Assembly: GCA_965213625.1 (NCBI GenBank)
Contig: CBDBZU010000004.1
Coordinates: 3,168,001-3,232,000, forward strand
Length of the DNA: 64,000 nt
Reading direction: 5' to 3'
DNA from: a bacterium
GTDB lineage: Bacteria > UBA8248
Shown here piece after piece: positions 60,719-64,000 of this stretch. A program made the position numbers and the translations under genes. Below the pieces are notes generated by a model. That model did no database searches and had not been told where the DNA came from. It worked only from the letters and a program-made list of their open reading frames with translations. Numbering within the stretch: position 1 is the first letter of the stretch; each line of letters opens with the position of its first letter.

Positions 60719-61843
60719 CTAATTGATCTGAACGAATTTCGCCCCTTTCACCTGCCAGAGCACGTAGGGGCTCTCCAGGACGTCTCCTTTCTTGTTGAAC
60801 TGGAGTTTGCCCAAAGAGGAGTTCCAGGCCTTGCTGCGCAGATGGGCGGCCAGTTTGGACCCCTTGGTGCTGCCCGTGGCCTGGATAGAACTCAGAATCA
60901 TGTTCGTGGCCACATAGCTGTAGATGGTGTAAGCGCCCACTTCCTTGCCGAAGCGCTTGCGGTGCTTTTTGATGACGTTCTGCGCCGCCGCGAGTTTTGT
61001 CTGATCCGGCGTGAACGTGATGTAAGTGCCCTCGGCGGATTTGCCGGCGATCTTGTAGTACTCGTCCGTGACGATGCCGTCGCCGCTCATGAAGTGCGCC
61101 TTCATGCCGAGGCGCTCGCGCATCTGCTTCACCAGAAGGATGGCCTCGGGGTGGATGCCGCCGAAATAAACGAGTTCGGGCTTTTTCTGCTTGGCGGCCG
61201 TCAGCACGGGCGTGTAGTCCTTATCGCCCTGCACGACGCCGCTGTAGAAGACGGGCTTGACGCCTCTTTTTTCCAGGAACCGCTTCGTCTCATCGGCGAG
61301 GCCCTGGCCGTAGGTGGTCTTGTCGTGGAGGATGGCGATGCGCTTCAGTTTCAGCTTATCCACGATGTAATTCGCCGCCACCTCTCCTTGCTGATCGTCG
61401 CGTCCGCAGACGCGGAACACCGTGGAGAAACCCTGCTCGGTGAGCTTGGGGTTCGTGGAAGCCGGCGTGATCTGGACAACGCCCTCCTCCGCATACACGG
61501 TGGACGCCGGGATGGAGACAGAACTGTTGAAATGGCCGACGATGCCGGCGGCGCCCGAGTTCACGAACTTGTGCGCTATCGACACCCCTTCCCTGGGGTC
61601 GTGGCGATCGTCGCCCCAGAGAATATCCACCTTCATCTTCTTTTTGCCGACTTTCACGCCGCCCTTGGCGTTCCACTCCTCCACGGCGAGCGTCGCGCCG
61701 TTTTTGAGCATCTCGCCGAACGCCGCCTGATCGCCCGTGAGCGGACCGGCCACGCCTATCTTGAGCGTCGCGGCGTGAGCGGCGGAACCGAGAAATACGG
61801 CGGCTGTGAGAATGGTCAGTACGGAATACAGCTTCTTGCGCAT
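60719..61843 (-). CDS. livK: Branched-chain amino acid ABC substrate-binding protein
   Basis: Signal peptide (AHA), GHFNSSVSIPAS, STNP, RVCGRDDQQG, HDKTTYGQGLA. Confidence 0.92.
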   Translation of the reverse strand: MRKKLYSVLTILTAAVFLGSAAHAATLKIGVAGPLTGDQAAFGEMLKNGATLAVEEWNAKGGVKVGKKKMKVDILWGDDRHDPREGVSIAHKFVNSGAAGIVGHFNSSVSIPASTVYAEEGVVQITPASTNPKLTEQGFSTVFRVCGRDDQQGEVAANYIVDKLKLKRIAILHDKTTYGQGLADETKRFLEKRGVKPVFYSGVVQGDKDYTPVLTAAKQKKPELVYFGGIHPEAILLVKQMRERLGMKAHFMSGDGIVTDEYYKIAGKSAEGTYITFTPDQTKLAAAQNVIKKHRKRFGKEVGAYTIYSYVATNMILSSIQATGSTKGSKLAAHLRSKAWNSSLGKLQFNKKGDVLESPYVLWQVKGAKFVQIN

Positions 61844-61981
61844 GTTGAGTCTCCTTCAGGCTACTGGGTGTGTTGAGAACCAAAGGCTCCATGCACGCTA
61901 CAAGGCAACTAGCTTTGCTTCCGGAATTGCCCCCTCGCGGCAATCATGACTATTCCGGCACCATGAAATCCGGTTTTGCAA

Positions 61982-62010
61982 AAGATACGAAAAGAGAATG
62001 CGCCTTTCAA
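61982..62010 (-). promoter_or_regulatory. Candidate sigma70 promoter for the liv operon
   Basis: Minus strand TTGAAA-17 bp-TATCTT preceded by an A-tract (UP-like). Confidence 0.6.
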
Positions 62011-62034
62011 GATTTTTTTTGATTGGCGCCCTTG

Positions 62035-62601
62035 CTAGGCCGTCTTGACGCGCTCGATGTATTCACCCGTGCGCGTGTCTATCTTCAAGACGTCGCCCTC
62101 ATTCAAAAACAAGGGTACGGTGACCACAGCGCCCGTCTCGAGTTCCGCCTGCTTGGTCGCGCCCGTCGCGGTATCGCCCCGCACGCCGGGTTCGGTATTC
62201 TTGATGGACAACTCGACGAACGTGGGCATCTCGACCGAGATCGCGTCGCCCTTGTGAAAGAGGATGTCGACAATCGTCTCCTCGCGCAGCAGCTTCACGC
62301 TCTCGCCGAGCTTCTCCTCCCCAAGACCTGTCTGGTCGTAGGTTTGCGTGTCCATAAAATAGAAGATGTCGCCGTCGCGGTAGAGATACTGCATCTGTTT
62401 CTGCTCGACCCCGGGGTCGCCGACGGACTCGCCGGAGCGGAACGTCTTTTCCAGAACGCGGCCCGTTTTCAGATTCTTCAGCTTCGTGCGCACGAAAGCC
62501 CCGCCCTTGCCGGGCTTCACGTGCTGGAACTCCACGATGATGAACGGCTCGTTTTCGAGCTCGATCTTGAGGCCATTACGAAAATCACTTGTCGAGGGCA
62601 T
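62035..62601 (-). CDS. efp: Elongation factor P
   Basis: HVKPGKGGAFVR, PGVRGDTA, VPLF, IDTRTGEYIER. Confidence 0.97.
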   Translation of the reverse strand: MPSTSDFRNGLKIELENEPFIIVEFQHVKPGKGGAFVRTKLKNLKTGRVLEKTFRSGESVGDPGVEQKQMQYLYRDGDIFYFMDTQTYDQTGLGEEKLGESVKLLREETIVDILFHKGDAISVEMPTFVELSIKNTEPGVRGDTATGATKQAELETGAVVTVPLFLNEGDVLKIDTRTGEYIERVKTA

Positions 62602-62633
62602 CGGTTCAAAAAACCTCCTGATGATGAAAGTAT

Positions 62634-63704
62634 CTACAAAACAACGAGTTCCTTAGGTATAGAACGGGTGAGAACCTCCTTCCCCCGCTCGGTGACGAGA
62701 ACCATATCCTCGATTCTCACACCGCCCCAGCGGGGCAGATAGATGCCGGGCTCCACCGTGACGACCATACCGGGCCTGAGTTCTTCCTTCACGCCGGGAC
62801 CGAGCCTGGGGGCTTCGTGGATATCGAGTCCCACGCCGTGGCCCGTTCCGTGCCCGAAGGCCTCGCCATAGCCGTGGGCCTTTATGACGTCGCGCGCTGC
62901 CTTGTCCACGTCCCCGCAGGAGACGCCCGGCCTCACGGCTTCGAGCGCCGTCATCTGGGCTTCCAGGACGATGTCGTATATCTGCTCGCCCTTGGGCGTC
63001 GGCTTGCCGAGAGAGAACACCCGCGTCGTATCCGCATGGTAGCCCGACATGACGGCGCCGAAATCGATGGTGATGAGGTCGCCTTTTTTGAGTTTGCGAG
63101 CGGAGGCGATGCCGTGCGGCAGGGCGGAGCGCGGGCCCGAGGCGACGATGGAATCGAAAGCGGGGCCGGATGCGCCCCTTCGTCTCATCGCGGTCTCGAG
63201 GTCGAGCGCGACGTCCGATTCGGCGCGTCCGGGGCGGATCGAAGTAGAAATCTCGTGCAACGCCTCCCCGTTCACCCTGGCGCCTCGTTTCAGCTTTCGA
63301 ACCTCGCCCGGGTCCTTGCAGAGCCTTAAAGACTCCACGAGTCCCGAGACGGGTTTCAGGCGCACTCCCTTGATGAGTCTTCTCAACTGCCGATACACCC
63401 CGTGGGCGACGTGCGCCTCCTCGAAGGCGAGCGCCTTCGCCCTCGTTTTTTTCAACTCTTTCGCTATCCCCTGAACCGGGGAGGCGTGTTCGGCGCGGCG
63501 AAAATCGGGCGGCACCTGTTTCGCCGCCTGCGAGCGGTAGCGAAAATCCGTGATGAAGACGGCGCTTCTCGCGGAGATCAGACAGGCCCCGGCCGAGCCG
63601 GTGAAGCCGGTGAGATAGTGGACGTTCTTCCTGTTCGTGACGGCAAGGGCGGAGAGACCCGCACGCCGCATCGCCTTTCTCAAGGCGCTCAGACGCTGCT
63701 TCAT
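62634..63704 (-). CDS. Xaa-Pro aminopeptidase (M24)
   Basis: YLTGFTGS, TDFRY, SALPHG, HGTGHGVG, HEAP, EPGIY, GVRIED; true start ATG 63704 overlapping the aroQ stop. Confidence 0.92.
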   Translation of the reverse strand: MKQRLSALRKAMRRAGLSALAVTNRKNVHYLTGFTGSAGACLISARSAVFITDFRYRSQAAKQVPPDFRRAEHASPVQGIAKELKKTRAKALAFEEAHVAHGVYRQLRRLIKGVRLKPVSGLVESLRLCKDPGEVRKLKRGARVNGEALHEISTSIRPGRAESDVALDLETAMRRRGASGPAFDSIVASGPRSALPHGIASARKLKKGDLITIDFGAVMSGYHADTTRVFSLGKPTPKGEQIYDIVLEAQMTALEAVRPGVSCGDVDKAARDVIKAHGYGEAFGHGTGHGVGLDIHEAPRLGPGVKEELRPGMVVTVEPGIYLPRWGGVRIEDMVLVTERGKEVLTRSIPKELVVL

Positions 63705-64000
63705 TCTTCTTCCAAAGGAAACGTCAGCCCCTTGACGTGGAAATTGATGGCCGCGCGCAAGGCCAGGGCGTAGCCCGCCAGGCCGAACCCGATGACGCTT
63801 CCCGCCGCCACGGGCCCGATCATCGAGCGATGCCTGAAATCCTCGCGCTTCATGACGTTTGAGATATGCACCTCGTAGACGGGCAACTCCAGGCCGCCTA
63901 CCGCGTCTCTGAGCGCGACGCTGGTGTGGGTGTACCCTCCCGGATTGAAGACGCAGGCGACGCATTCGCCCGAGGGGGCCGCATCCTGTAGTGGCGGTTT
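63701..64000 (-). CDS. aroQ: Type II 3-dehydroquinate dehydratase, 3' part (cut by window end)
   Basis: In-frame NPGGYTHTSVALRDA...EVHISN...REDFRHRS; aroQ-pepP-efp synteny. Confidence 0.9.
   Translation of the reverse strand, partial: KPPLQDAAPSGECVACVFNPGGYTHTSVALRDAVGGLELPVYEVHISNVMKREDFRHRSMIGPVAAGSVIGFGLAGYALALRAAINFHVKGLTFPLEEE

Noticed and set aside
61866-61882. GGGTGTGTTGAGAACC resembling the IS1182 IR
   Set aside because: The match is short, has no partner or duplication and lies in the livK leader, so it is likely chance.
62634-63965. 443-aa extended peptidase ORF suggesting a fusion or frameshift with aroQ
   Set aside because: The extension is an alternative frame over aroQ; the real start ATG 63704 overlaps the aroQ stop in a normal ATGA coupling.

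Overview
This is a gene-dense bacterial core-genome window. Its gene order is of the Desulfobacterota/Nitrospinota type, which is an inference from synteny only. On the plus strand, a cupin, glgP and an AbrB-like gene are followed by mreBCD-mrdA-rodA, a radical SAM fusion, rng, cpoB, dprA-topA-trmFO-xerC-hslVU and argBDFG; ppiD and an inserted sulfatase lie on the opposite strand. A long minus-strand block runs plsC-dciA-TPR lipoprotein-LolB-like-ispE-prs-rplY-pth-hppA-rpsF-ssb-rpsR-rplI-dnaB-alr-mlaF-like-tgt-yajC-secDF. After it come a pmm-dedA-manC-uppP operon, a tandem NIPSNAP gene, one intact IS1182-family element, sixA, livKHMGF, efp, pepP and a partial aroQ. I saw no rRNA, tRNA, CRISPR array, prophage or defence island, and no clearly novel multi-gene system. 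The best leads are a TGT with a non-canonical substrate pocket coupled to an orphan MlaF-type ATPase, an LbcA-like/LolB-like lipoprotein pair upstream of ispE, extra IR-like sites bracketing IS+sixA, an orphan AbrB-fold protein, and a DedA/UppP/GDP-mannose operon. Family calls come from motif recognition, not database searches.
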